Below are positions 1 to 8,643 of a stretch of 34,982 nucleotides of DNA, in pieces. Origin of the DNA: an uncultured Porphyromonadaceae bacterium (lineage in GTDB: Bacteria; Bacteroidota; Bacteroidia; Bacteroidales; Muribaculaceae); assembly GCA_947174225.1 (NCBI GenBank), contig CAMWIF010000001.1, positions 1 to 34,982 on the forward strand. The letters are read 5' to 3'. Positions within the stretch are counted from its first letter, which is position 1, and each line of letters opens with the position of its first letter. The notes below the pieces were generated by a model that made no database searches, was not told the origin of the DNA, and saw only the letters and a list, made by a program, of their open reading frames with translations. Both the position numbers and the translations under genes were made by a program.

Positions 1-3000
1 CGGTCAATGAGGCGTAACCGGCGGGATGCTGCACCTGCAACTTGGCGAAGCGCGAATTCTGCACACCTCTTCTGAATACGTTTTCTATCTGGTCGAGAAG
101 ATTGATACGTGCGTTGTTCACAACGCTGACGCTCTCAATAGCGGTATCCTCTTTGAATTTAGCACCACCAAACCTAACCTTGTATTTCTTGGGATTACCC
201 GAAATATTGATACCGAATTTGAAGGGGAGAGGCGATTTCAACACCGAGATATGGTAATTGAAATTCATGGCTATATCGTTAGAACCGGATATGCCCAGTC
301 GGTAGCGATCGATGTTAAACACGAAGGGGTAGACGTGCATAATGCCGTCGTCTACCGTCATCTCCACGTTCATACGTTTGATTGTATTGTCTGCCTTATT
401 CTTGAAGCCTAACCATTTGCCTAAGGTGCGGTATGTCTCAGGATTAATGAACGCGAGATTATCACCCGTTATTCTGATGGCGGCGTTGAGAGTCGGGAGG
501 TCAAGGTTCATACCCGAATCAATGTCACAAGTGGCGGCTATATCCGCGCTGACAGTACCTGAGAAATCGTGAATCAGTGGCATTATCGAGTCGACGGCAG
601 GAACGAGTTTAACGAATTTGCCTATGTTGAAATCCTCTAATTCCAGCCCGAAACCGAAGTGCATATTTTCGGGCTTAGGGGCAGAATAAAGAGCTGACAC
701 AATTAGGTTGCCGGCATCTGAATTTGCCTTCATCTGATGTAGGTTGACACCACCGTCATATACCAGTATATCACCTCCAAAATTTTGCAGGGCAAGGTCG
801 CTATATAGCACATTATTGGCTGTAATCCTAAGATTACCTTCTACATTGACAGGTATGAGCACAGGGGCTGCTTTACCGGGACCTTTTTTTGCAAGGTCGT
901 CAAGACGTGCCTGCAATGTAGCATCGTCATCCGTACCCTCAAGATGGAAATCCCCGTGACGTTTATGGTCGGCATATGAAGCTCCGGTAAAAACTCCGGC
1001 AGACAATTGATTTATGTCTATGGTGTCACTAAGGAGTGATAGATTCACTTTGAGAGTATTGTTGGTCTTCGATGTAAGGGCACGTTTCACATTGGTCACT
1101 AATCCGGACAAGGCAATGTTGGATCTTCCTGTCCTCAAAGCAATGTTAGATATGTCAACAGTGTCGTTGTTGAATTTCAGATCAATGAGGGAGAAGCGGT
1201 TATGCAGGGGGAATATGGGAGTAAGCAAGCGGGCGTGAGTCGTGATTACTGAGCCGTTCAGTTCCCATTCGTTCAGGAACTTACTGAAGCCTTTGGCGAG
1301 ATCCCATTCCAAAACTTCGTTATCGTCGGCTCCGATAGTGCCATAGACACGGCGTTTGCGTTTCTGTCCCGGTTTACGATGACGTTTCTTATAGACGTAT
1401 TTAAACACTTTGGCAGGAGCTATGTAAGGATACTCCTTACGTGTCTTTACAGTTGGGCGAGTGGTGGCAGATTTTTTGGATGTTGTCGGCTGCTTATACA
1501 GTGTAGCCTTGATTTTGGTATCGTTTAGAAGAATACGGTCGGAAAGACTTCCGGCAGACACGCGCCCTGTGTGCAGGTCAGCCAATATCTCTGGTATCGG
1601 GTCGTGAGCTTTAAGTCCTTGTAGGGTGATATGCCCGTCTAAGTTGCGTATGCGACCTCCGGCGCTATCGGTGATAGATATGATATTGAGTCGGCTCACC
1701 TTCAGGTCACCGCCCAGTGGCATCATCTCTGTGGTGTCGATATGCTGCACTGCATTCTCCAGTCCCAGTCCAAGAGAGAGTGAGCCCACGGCTATATCGA
1801 CACCGCCGATAAGCAGGTTTGCAGTGTCTACATCAACTTTTGCGCTCAATATGGGCAGACTGTCGACAATCCGTTTGGAATCGAAGTCTATCCTTGCCTT
1901 ATTCACCTCCACCATCTTGTTGGTATCCCCTGAAAGGAAATATATGTTCTGAGCCGTCACAGAACCATCCGCTACAAGGCGATGAATACGTTCTTGTTTG
2001 AGCAGTGATGTCTTTCCATTGGCGTGCAGGTCGGTCAAAATACTGCCGGAAAGGTATCCGGGAATCTTTTCACGTATAATCGGGGGGAGATTAGACAAGT
2101 TGATTTCTCCTTGAAGCTTTGTGTCGAAAGTGGGGTCGGAGAAGAGTTTGGAAAGAATAGCCGATACTTCAAGATGAGTTGCAGGTCCTGCCAAGGTGCA
2201 ACGGCTTACATTGACAACTGTGCTGTCGGGGAGGTTGGTAAGCGTATTTACGATTACATCCAGAGCAATGTCCTTAAACTGCGCTTTCTCGTAGTGCAAA
2301 TTCGATGGAGGAATTGAGAGCTTAAGCTGGGCGGTGGGGAAAGTGTCCGTTGCGAGGTTCATTGGCTCCGTAAGTTCAAATTTACCCCCTATGGTGAGGT
2401 CAGTTGAGAAATATGGCTCATAGAGGCGATGAACACGACGAATTGAGTCGGGAAGCAATGTAAGAATGTCGACTAACGGAATAGGAGCCAAATCCACAAT
2501 GGCTTTTTTGACAATCGGACTGTCTTTAAGATCAATTTCACCCGTAACGACCGCTTTTATGAAAGCACCACGCAGCTCCATCTCATCCATTGCCACCAGT
2601 CCGGGATACCCTGGATCCCAAAATACCTTGCCATTGAGTCCAAAGCTGATTTGGTCAAGATTCGTGATCAGTGTTGCCTTTGGAGAAGTGACATTACCAT
2701 TGACTTTAAGTCGGTAAGTCGGCATCTTGTCACCGTCAACTGCAGCATCGGTCAGCAACAACACTGCGGCGGAAGTGGAGTCGGCGGCGTTGTAAAAACG
2801 GATTTCCTTGGGTTGCTCAAGAGCAAACCGATTGATACGGAATTTCGGCAGCTCCTTCTTTGGCGACTTTACAGTGTCTGTGGAGGCTTTCACTAAGTCG
2901 TAGTTAGCCTTGCCGTTATGGGCGATGACCAAGTTTACGCTGAGACCACGCAACACTACATTTTGCAGGGCTAATTCTTTGTCCATAATAAGACGCTTGA

Positions 3001-3358
3001 CATCCAATGAGCCGCTTAGATGGTCAAGAGTCACCAGAGAATCGGCGTAGTTGGGCAGAAGGCCGCGTTGCTCAACAGTCAGTGAATCAAAAGCGTGTGA
3101 GATTACGGAAAGATTTTCCACCTTTACGCCTAAAATAGGGAATCTCGGGTGGAAACCAAGTCTTAGACTACCTACCTTCAAATGTCCGTCGATATACTCG
3201 TTGGCTGTGCGTTCCACCCAGGGCGACAGCTCTTTGGATTCGAGAAATTTAACAGCACAAAAAAGCAAGGCACTCAGAACCACTACTATTGTTAAGAATG
3301 TCCATCCAAGTACTTTCAGCACCTTCACCGTAATATTGGCTTTCCTATCTGCGCACAT
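1..3358 (-). CDS. AsmA-family protein, 3'-truncated by the window edge (>=1119 aa)
   Basis: Not in the ORF track because no stop codon lies in the window. Manual translation from ATG 3358 gives MCADRKANITVKVLKVLGWTFLTIVVVLSALLFCAVKFL (single N-terminal TM) followed by ...NLVIAHNGKANYDL. The same frame at the left edge reads YHISVLKSPLPFKFGINISGNPKKYKVRFGGAKFK...FRRG, typical of the Bacteroidales AsmA C-terminus. Confidence 0.85.
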   Translation of the reverse strand, partial: MCADRKANITVKVLKVLGWTFLTIVVVLSALLFCAVKFLESKELSPWVERTANEYIDGHLKVGSLRLGFHPRFPILGVKVENLSVISHAFDSLTVEQRGLLPNYADSLVTLDHLSGSLDVKRLIMDKELALQNVVLRGLSVNLVIAHNGKANYDLVKASTDTVKSPKKELPKFRINRFALEQPKEIRFYNAADSTSAAVLLLTDAAVDGDKMPTYRLKVNGNVTSPKATLITNLDQISFGLNGKVFWDPGYPGLVAMDEMELRGAFIKAVVTGEIDLKDSPIVKKAIVDLAPIPLVDILTLLPDSIRRVHRLYEPYFSTDLTIGGKFELTEPMNLATDTFPTAQLKLSIPPSNLHYEKAQFKDIALDVIVNTLTNLPDSTVVNVSRCTLAGPATHLEVSAILSKLFSDPTFDTKLQGEINLSNLPPIIREKIPGYLSGSILTDLHANGKTSLLKQERIHRLVADGSVTAQNIYFLSGDTNKMVEVNKARIDFDSKRIVDSLPILSAKVDVDTANLLIGGVDIAVGSLSLGLGLENAVQHIDTTEMMPLGGDLKVSRLNIISITDSAGGRIRNLDGHITLQGLKAHDPIPEILADLHTGRVSAGSLSDRILLNDTKIKATLYKQPTTSKKSATTRPTVKTRKEYPYIAPAKVFKYVYKKRHRKPGQKRKRRVYGTIGADDNEVLEWDLAKGFSKFLNEWELNGSVITTHARLLTPIFPLHNRFSLIDLKFNNDTVDISNIALRTGRSNIALSGLVTNVKRALTSKTNNTLKVNLSLLSDTIDINQLSAGVFTGASYADHKRHGDFHLEGTDDDATLQARLDDLAKKGPGKAAPVLIPVNVEGNLRITANNVLYSDLALQNFGGDILVYDGGVNLHQMKANSDAGNLIVSALYSAPKPENMHFGFGLELEDFNIGKFVKLVPAVDSIMPLIHDFSGTVSADIAATCDIDSGMNLDLPTLNAAIRITGDNLAFINPETYRTLGKWLGFKNKADNTIKRMNVEMTVDDGIMHVYPFVFNIDRYRLGISGSNDIAMNFNYHISVLKSPLPFKFGINISGNPKKYKVRFGGAKFKEDTAIESVSVVNNARINLLDQIENVFRRGVQNSRFAKLQVQHPAGYASLT

Positions 3359-3385
3359 AGGTCGATCATGTTGTTCGATTATATG

Positions 3386-3417
3386 CAAAATTACAAAACA
3401 GAATTGTAATGCGCAAA
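3386..3417 (-). promoter_or_regulatory. Bacteroidetes sigma-A promoter for the AsmA-family gene
   Basis: On the - strand, TTTG (3417-3414), a 20-nt spacer and TAATTTTG (3393-3386) match the -33/-7 consensus TTTG-N19-21-TAnnTTTG. Confidence 0.7.
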
Positions 3418-3641
3418 TAAATCGTCAGGCGGCGTTGCTGAATAAAAGCAAATTACATTTCGGCGGATAGTTTTGCCAAAAAACAGGAACTTTTTCAAGC
3501 TCCGTCCTCTTTTTCTCGGATTATTACTATTTCTGTAAATATGGAGGCGGCTTTAGGCGTAGCTCCGAGAGCAAGAAAACCATAAAACCATAGTTGTCAG
3601 CAATTTTTTCCTAACTCCATGCCGGCGATGAGGTATTGCGT

Positions 3642-3670
3642 AGGGTCTGTTAACAGATTCTTTCTTTTTC
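3642..3670 (+). terminator. Possible intrinsic terminator or palindromic site upstream of the riboswitch 1 promoter
   Basis: AGGGTCTG-TTAA-CAGATTCT stem (core perfect palindrome TCTGTTAACAGA, 3646-3657) followed by TTCTTTTTC. Confidence 0.35.
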
Positions 3671-3689
3671 TAAGTTTTTCAAGATTTAT

Positions 3690-3720
3690 TTTGTAGTGAC
3701 AGAAAGATTACGTAACTTTG
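3690..3720 (+). promoter_or_regulatory. Bacteroidetes sigma-A promoter for the + strand cobalamin operon
   Basis: TTTG (3690-3693), a 19-nt spacer and TAACTTTG (3713-3720), immediately before the riboswitch. Confidence 0.8.
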
Positions 3721-3725
3721 CACCA

Positions 3726-3885
3726 CGTTTTGGTTCGCGGCAACGCGATTAATAGGGAATCCGGTGAGAATCCGGGACAGACCCGCTACTGTAATTCCTA
3801 TAAAACTCACTGACATTATGCCACTGTCGGATTGGCCGATGGGAAGGCGTTGGTGAGCAGGATAAGTCAGGAGACCTGCCATAAC
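3726..3885 (+). ncRNA. Cobalamin riboswitch 1
   Basis: Motifs in canonical order: AATAGGGAATCCGGTGAGAATCCGG, CAGACCCGCTACTGTAA, GCCACTG...GGGAAGGC, and B12 box AAGTCAGGAGACCTGCC (3864-3880). A P13 hairpin follows at 3894-3927. Confidence 0.95.
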
Positions 3886-4012
3886 AACATATAGTTTTGT
3901 AGTTTTCGGGTTATATTACCACAAAACAGCTATTCACTATCTCCATTGATGAGGTAGGAATATGGTTTGCTGTGGAGTATACCTTAGTATTAACGTTTGG
4001 CAGCAAACCGAA

Positions 4013-6361
4013 ATGAGGTATTCTATTCTGATATTGTTAATGTTAATCAGCTGTCTGTCTTCACAGGCGGCTAAATCTGTATATATACTGTCCGGTAAGG
4101 TAACTGACGGTTTGGGAGAGCCGATTTCTTTTGCCACTATAGCGTTAGAGCATACTAAATTCGCCGCTGCCGTAAATATTGAGGGTGATTATGTTCTAAA
4201 GGTACCTCAGGGGATTTATACGGGTAAGGTTACTGCTGTGGGATTCAAGCCCTATAATTTTAAGATTAAGATTAGTAAGGATACAGTTCTTAATATCAGA
4301 TTAGATGAAGATGTAGTGGTGTTACAAGATGTGAGCGTCTATGGTAAGACCACGGCAAAAAAATTGGAGGAGGGTGCTTTCTCGGTAAATGCTGTTGAAA
4401 TTACTCCCAATGTCAATAAGATGGTTACACTCAATGATCTGGTTGACCGCACGGCTGGCGTAAAGGTCAGACGGGAAGGGGGAATGGGTTCGGAGTTTGA
4501 CTTGACCATTAATGGCATGTCCGGCAATTCCATACGCTATTTCATAGACGGTGTGCCTCTTGAGACAAAAGGCTCCGGTCTTACTTTGGATAATGTCCCT
4601 ATCAATACTGTCGAGCGTGTGGAGCTCTACAAAGGGGTGGTGCCCTCTTATTTAAGTTCGGATGCTTTGGGGGGTGCAGTTAATATTGTCACAAAGAGGA
4701 AACGACAAAACTTCTTAGATGCCTCATATGCTATTGGCTCATTTCATACTCATTCAGGTGACATTACAGGGCAGTATATCATTCCCGGTACGGTCATAGC
4801 TATCCATCCTACTTTTAGTATCAATTACTCAAAGAATGATTATAAGATGAGAGGTGTCGAGGTATGGAGTGAGGAGGAGGATAAATACATATTCACTGAC
4901 AAACGTCGTTTTCACGATGATTATTTATCCCTTTTCGGTCAGATCGAGGCAGGTGTGAGTGATGTGAAATGGACTGATCGTTTTTTTGTAGGTGTCTCCT
5001 ATAATAAGCTGGATAAGCAAATTCAGACAGGGGCCATGCAAAATAAGGTATATGGAGAGGCAAGCCGTCATTCGCATTCCTTTGGTGTGTCAGCTCGCTA
5101 CAATAAGCGTTGGGGAAAATGGGCTGCAAGAGCTATCTTGTCGCATACTCGTGACTATAGCGAAACTGTGGATACGGCTTACCGTAAATACTCCTGGGAC
5201 GGCACATGGATGCCATCTACAGGTAACGAGTTGAATAACAGGCGTCGGACTCTCAGAGTATATAAGCGTCCGCTTACCGTTGTCAATGCAGGAGTAGATT
5301 ACGAGTTGAATGACCATCACACTTTCGCTTTGAATTATATGCTTAACCGTCGGGGCAATGATCGGTGGGATAAGGTCGATAACCAATTTGAACCGTCAAA
5401 TGATATTGTGACCAAACATATTCTTTCATTTACCTATGCCCAAACACTCTTCGACCAAAGGTGGCAGACATCTTACTTTGTGAAAGATTATATTAATGCT
5501 TTGTCGATTGAGCAGAGAGATGATTTCACAATTACTGGCTCTGACCAAATAGATACAAAATCTTCAAAAAGCTATTGGGGTGCAGGAATTGGAAGCCGAT
5601 ATTCAGTGGCGGAATCGTTTTCAGTCAAAGCATCCTATGAACATAGTGTACGGCTTCCACTTTCGAGGGAGCTGTTAGGCAACGGTACAACTGTATATGC
5701 TAACTTAGCTCTGAGTCCGGAAACGAGCAATAATTATAATTTAGGATTGTTTGGCACCTGGCTTATAGATGATGAAAACCAAATAAACTATGAGGCAAAC
5801 GGTTTTATACGCCACGTACAGAATTATATTAGAGCTACTGTGTCGGAGCGTGAAGGAATGATGCAATATGTCAATGAGCCTGCTATTGATATAAAAGGAT
5901 GTGACTTTGACATATCTTATTTCTGGAACAACAGATTAAACATATCCTTAAACGGAAGTTGGAGTGATGCTCGCGACCTAAAGAAATACAAGACCGACGG
6001 CAATCCTTCTGCTACCTATAAAAACAGGGTGCCTAATCGCCCATGGATGTTTGGCAATGCCGAGGCATCTTATACATTTCACGATTTAATTGCTACAGCG
6101 GATCGCCTCCGTGTCGGTGTCGCATATCAGTACATACATTGGTATTATCTTAACTGGGAGGCTTTTGGTGCCATTGCATCAAAAGCACGTATCCCAACAC
6201 AGAATATTACCAACGTTTCAATAACCTATTCCTGGAAGAAAGAAAGATATAATCTTTCATTGGAGTGTAACAATCTCTTTGACTGTCTTGCCTACGATAA
6301 CTATATGCTCCAGAAACCCGGTCGTGCGTTTTCTGTAAAATTCAGAATTTTCATTAATTAA
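4013..6361 (+). CDS. TonB-dependent outer-membrane receptor with N-terminal carboxypeptidase-regulatory-like domain
   Basis: Signal peptide from ATG 4013 (MRYSILILLMLISCLSSQAA). N-terminal LSGKVTDGLGEPISFATI, plug motif VERVELYKGVVP...DALGGAVNIVT, and C-terminal beta-signal PGRAFSVKFRIFIN. The track start at 3962 lies in the leader. Confidence 0.93.
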   Translation: MRYSILILLMLISCLSSQAAKSVYILSGKVTDGLGEPISFATIALEHTKFAAAVNIEGDYVLKVPQGIYTGKVTAVGFKPYNFKIKISKDTVLNIRLDEDVVVLQDVSVYGKTTAKKLEEGAFSVNAVEITPNVNKMVTLNDLVDRTAGVKVRREGGMGSEFDLTINGMSGNSIRYFIDGVPLETKGSGLTLDNVPINTVERVELYKGVVPSYLSSDALGGAVNIVTKRKRQNFLDASYAIGSFHTHSGDITGQYIIPGTVIAIHPTFSINYSKNDYKMRGVEVWSEEEDKYIFTDKRRFHDDYLSLFGQIEAGVSDVKWTDRFFVGVSYNKLDKQIQTGAMQNKVYGEASRHSHSFGVSARYNKRWGKWAARAILSHTRDYSETVDTAYRKYSWDGTWMPSTGNELNNRRRTLRVYKRPLTVVNAGVDYELNDHHTFALNYMLNRRGNDRWDKVDNQFEPSNDIVTKHILSFTYAQTLFDQRWQTSYFVKDYINALSIEQRDDFTITGSDQIDTKSSKSYWGAGIGSRYSVAESFSVKASYEHSVRLPLSRELLGNGTTVYANLALSPETSNNYNLGLFGTWLIDDENQINYEANGFIRHVQNYIRATVSEREGMMQYVNEPAIDIKGCDFDISYFWNNRLNISLNGSWSDARDLKKYKTDGNPSATYKNRVPNRPWMFGNAEASYTFHDLIATADRLRVGVAYQYIHWYYLNWEAFGAIASKARIPTQNITNVSITYSWKKERYNLSLECNNLFDCLAYDNYMLQKPGRAFSVKFRIFIN

Positions 6362-6374
6362 TCAATATAGTATT

Positions 6375-7655
6375 ATGAAAAAGTTTAAGTTTCTCTTATC
6401 TGCCGCAATGATGTTGATTGGCGCATTAGCCATGACAAGTTGTGACAAAAAAGATGGTCCGGACGGACCTGAAAAGCCGAATGACCCCGGTATTATCCAA
6501 GACTATCATTTTGATCTTTGGGTAGCGCTCGACCGTCACGGAGGCATGGGTCGCGATGTGCAGACTCTTGTGAGAAGTGTTAGCTCTCTTGAAGCTGATC
6601 AGCCGGAAATCACATTTAAGGGAGAGGGCACAGAGGTAAACTCAGTATTGTCGTTGGAGACAATACTGAAAGGTGCCTACTATTATCAGGTACCCGTGTC
6701 GGGTGACCGTTTCGCAAAATATACAATCACTGACAATAAGATGGAGGTTGTGAAGGAACGTCGCTTCCAGACAAACACTTATGCTACCCGTAAATATACC
6801 CACGCTTGGATCAATGACAATACATTGGTTATTGTAGCTTCCAACGGCGATGGCGATAAAATTCTTTGGACTAAGCTCAATGCTGATGATATGACCATAA
6901 TCAGCGAAGGCACACTTGATGTGAAAAAGGTTGGTGAAGGGGAGCTTTATACCACTTCAGGCATTCTCACTTACCGTGCTTCAGACAACAAGCTTTTCTA
7001 TTTCTATTACATCAAGCAGGGCAAGGCATTTGGCGGGGAGCGGGTTACTCCTATGATGACAGCAGTGATAAATCCTGCCACTATGGCTGTGGAGAGCGAT
7101 ACGCCTTGTTTCATTGATTGTGAAATGGTCGGCACTGCGTATGGTGAGCTGCTGCAAACCACTACCTTTATCGACGGCAACAATAATCTTTACATTGCTT
7201 GCGTCACAGACGATGCTGAAGGCAAGGAACATAGTCACCTGCTTAAGATACCTGCCAATTCAACCGAGTTTGACAGAGATTACGACGGCTTTACAGCGGG
7301 AGGAAAGCTGATTTCAGTGATGTATGTCGGAAACAATAAGGTTGTTGCTTATGCCCGTGATGATGAGAAAGGAGTTAAGATAGATGATTTCAGCCACTAC
7401 TATACAGTTCTTGATGTCGTATCTAAAACAAGCACTCCCATCACTTATAATGGTCAGCGTCTTGCTTTCAGCAGCGGACGTTTCTCTTCACGTATGGCCT
7501 ACGTAAACCATAAAGCATATATAGGTGTGGATGCCGAAAATGCGAAGCCTCAGATCTATATCTATGACGTGACATCGGGTCAAACTTCTCTTGGGGCAAC
7601 GATGGCCTCGGGCTACTATTTCGAGCAGATTCGCGTTGTGGAGGATTTGAAATAG
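6375..7655 (+). CDS. Surface lipoprotein, DUF4374/XusB-like predicted beta-propeller partner of the receptor
   Basis: SPII signal ...ALAMTS-C followed by the Lys/acidic segment DKKDGPDGPE (Bacteroidetes surface-export-like). Beta-rich sequence with a C-terminal AYIGVD...IYIYDVTSGQTSLGATM that resembles DUF4374 proteins. Family assigned by eye. Confidence 0.65.
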   Translation: MKKFKFLLSAAMMLIGALAMTSCDKKDGPDGPEKPNDPGIIQDYHFDLWVALDRHGGMGRDVQTLVRSVSSLEADQPEITFKGEGTEVNSVLSLETILKGAYYYQVPVSGDRFAKYTITDNKMEVVKERRFQTNTYATRKYTHAWINDNTLVIVASNGDGDKILWTKLNADDMTIISEGTLDVKKVGEGELYTTSGILTYRASDNKLFYFYYIKQGKAFGGERVTPMMTAVINPATMAVESDTPCFIDCEMVGTAYGELLQTTTFIDGNNNLYIACVTDDAEGKEHSHLLKIPANSTEFDRDYDGFTAGGKLISVMYVGNNKVVAYARDDEKGVKIDDFSHYYTVLDVVSKTSTPITYNGQRLAFSSGRFSSRMAYVNHKAYIGVDAENAKPQIYIYDVTSGQTSLGATMASGYYFEQIRVVEDLK

Positions 7656-7685
7656 AGATTGAAAACAGTTTTTTAGTTATTTGCC

Positions 7686-7720
7686 GTGTCTCCCGGGGCT
7701 GTGGTAGTTCCGGGGGATGC
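7686..7720 (+). other. Intercistronic RNA hairpin (stability element or leaky terminator)
   Basis: 7686-7700 pairs with 7706-7720 over 15 uninterrupted pairs, 5 of them G-U, with a 5-nt loop, followed by TTTAAC. Confidence 0.6.
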
Positions 7721-7739
7721 TTTAACTAATTCAGCATAT

Positions 7740-8639
7740 ATGAAAAAGTTGATACTGATTCTTATCCTATTATGTAGCGTGAATTTTATGGATGCTCAAA
7801 CTTCGGGTGGCTTCCCGAAAGAAAAGAGTGCGATAGTGATGGTTCATTTTGGCACTACTTATGACGATACCCGCAGCGTCACGATCGACGCAATCAACGA
7901 TAAGGTAGCAACTACCTTCCCTGGTGTGAAGGTGATAGAAGCCTATACGTCACGTATCATTATCAGTCGTCTTGCGAAGCGAGGCATAAAGAAGCTGACA
8001 CCACAGGAGGCCTTATTACAGTTGGCTGCCGATGGCTATAAATACGTGGTTATCCAGAGTACTAATGTAATAGACGGGATAGAAGCAGAGGTGCTTCGTA
8101 AAGAGGCTGCTCTGATGGCTCCTTTTTTCGATGAGCTAAGGGTAGGTAAGCCACTTTTATATTCTATTGATGACTGTCAAAAGGTGGTAGCTGCTCTTCA
8201 GAGACGATATGAAGGTAGCCTTGGGAAAAATAGTGGAGCGGTTTTTATCGGTCACGGTACTTCTACTCCGGCTAATGCCATATATTCACAGATAGATTAT
8301 ATGTTTTCGGTTGATGGGGCACCCCATTTTCATACGGCTACCGTAGAGGGGTATCCTACCTATGAGACCACGCTCCGCAAACTTAAGGAAGAGCGCGTAG
8401 GGAGAGTAACTCTTGTGCCCTTTATGTTTGTCGCGGGAGACCATGCACGAAATGATATTGACGGGGAATGGCGTGAGTTGCTTGAAAAGGAAGGCTTTCA
8501 GGTCACGGTTGTCATAGAGGGTCTTGGTCAACTTCCTGCAATACAAGATCTTTATATTGATCATCTCAAAGCAGCGTGGAATGCATCTGTGCTTGACGCA
8601 ACATCGCAGAAAGCTAATTACATAAAAGAAAATATTTAA
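7740..8639 (+). CDS. cbiK: Sirohydrochlorin cobaltochelatase CbiK family, with cleavable signal peptide
   Basis: AIVMVHFGT, AYTSRII, VFIGHGT, ATVEGYP and PFMFVAGDHARND, so both catalytic His are present. Start moved to ATG 7740 (MKKLILILILLCSVNFMDA-Q). Confidence 0.92.
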   Translation: MKKLILILILLCSVNFMDAQTSGGFPKEKSAIVMVHFGTTYDDTRSVTIDAINDKVATTFPGVKVIEAYTSRIIISRLAKRGIKKLTPQEALLQLAADGYKYVVIQSTNVIDGIEAEVLRKEAALMAPFFDELRVGKPLLYSIDDCQKVVAALQRRYEGSLGKNSGAVFIGHGTSTPANAIYSQIDYMFSVDGAPHFHTATVEGYPTYETTLRKLKEERVGRVTLVPFMFVAGDHARNDIDGEWRELLEKEGFQVTVVIEGLGQLPAIQDLYIDHLKAAWNASVLDATSQKANYIKENI

Positions 8640-8643
8640 GGAG

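Noticed and set aside
26-3470. Twelve short + strand ORFs over the left end
   Set aside because: They are shadows of the single long - strand AsmA-family frame and show no recognisable motifs.
3679-3882. 67-aa - strand ORF (MAGLLT...GITVAG)
   Set aside because: It is the antisense translation of cobalamin riboswitch 1.
3962-4012. Longer N-terminus for the TonB receptor
   Set aside because: It precedes a clean signal peptide starting at 4013 and coincides with a leader hairpin.
4013-6361. Naming the receptor btuB or hmuR
   Set aside because: Riboswitch control alone does not fix the substrate. No clear heme-receptor FRAP/NPNL pair is seen, and the partner lipoprotein does not look like BtuG or HmuY.
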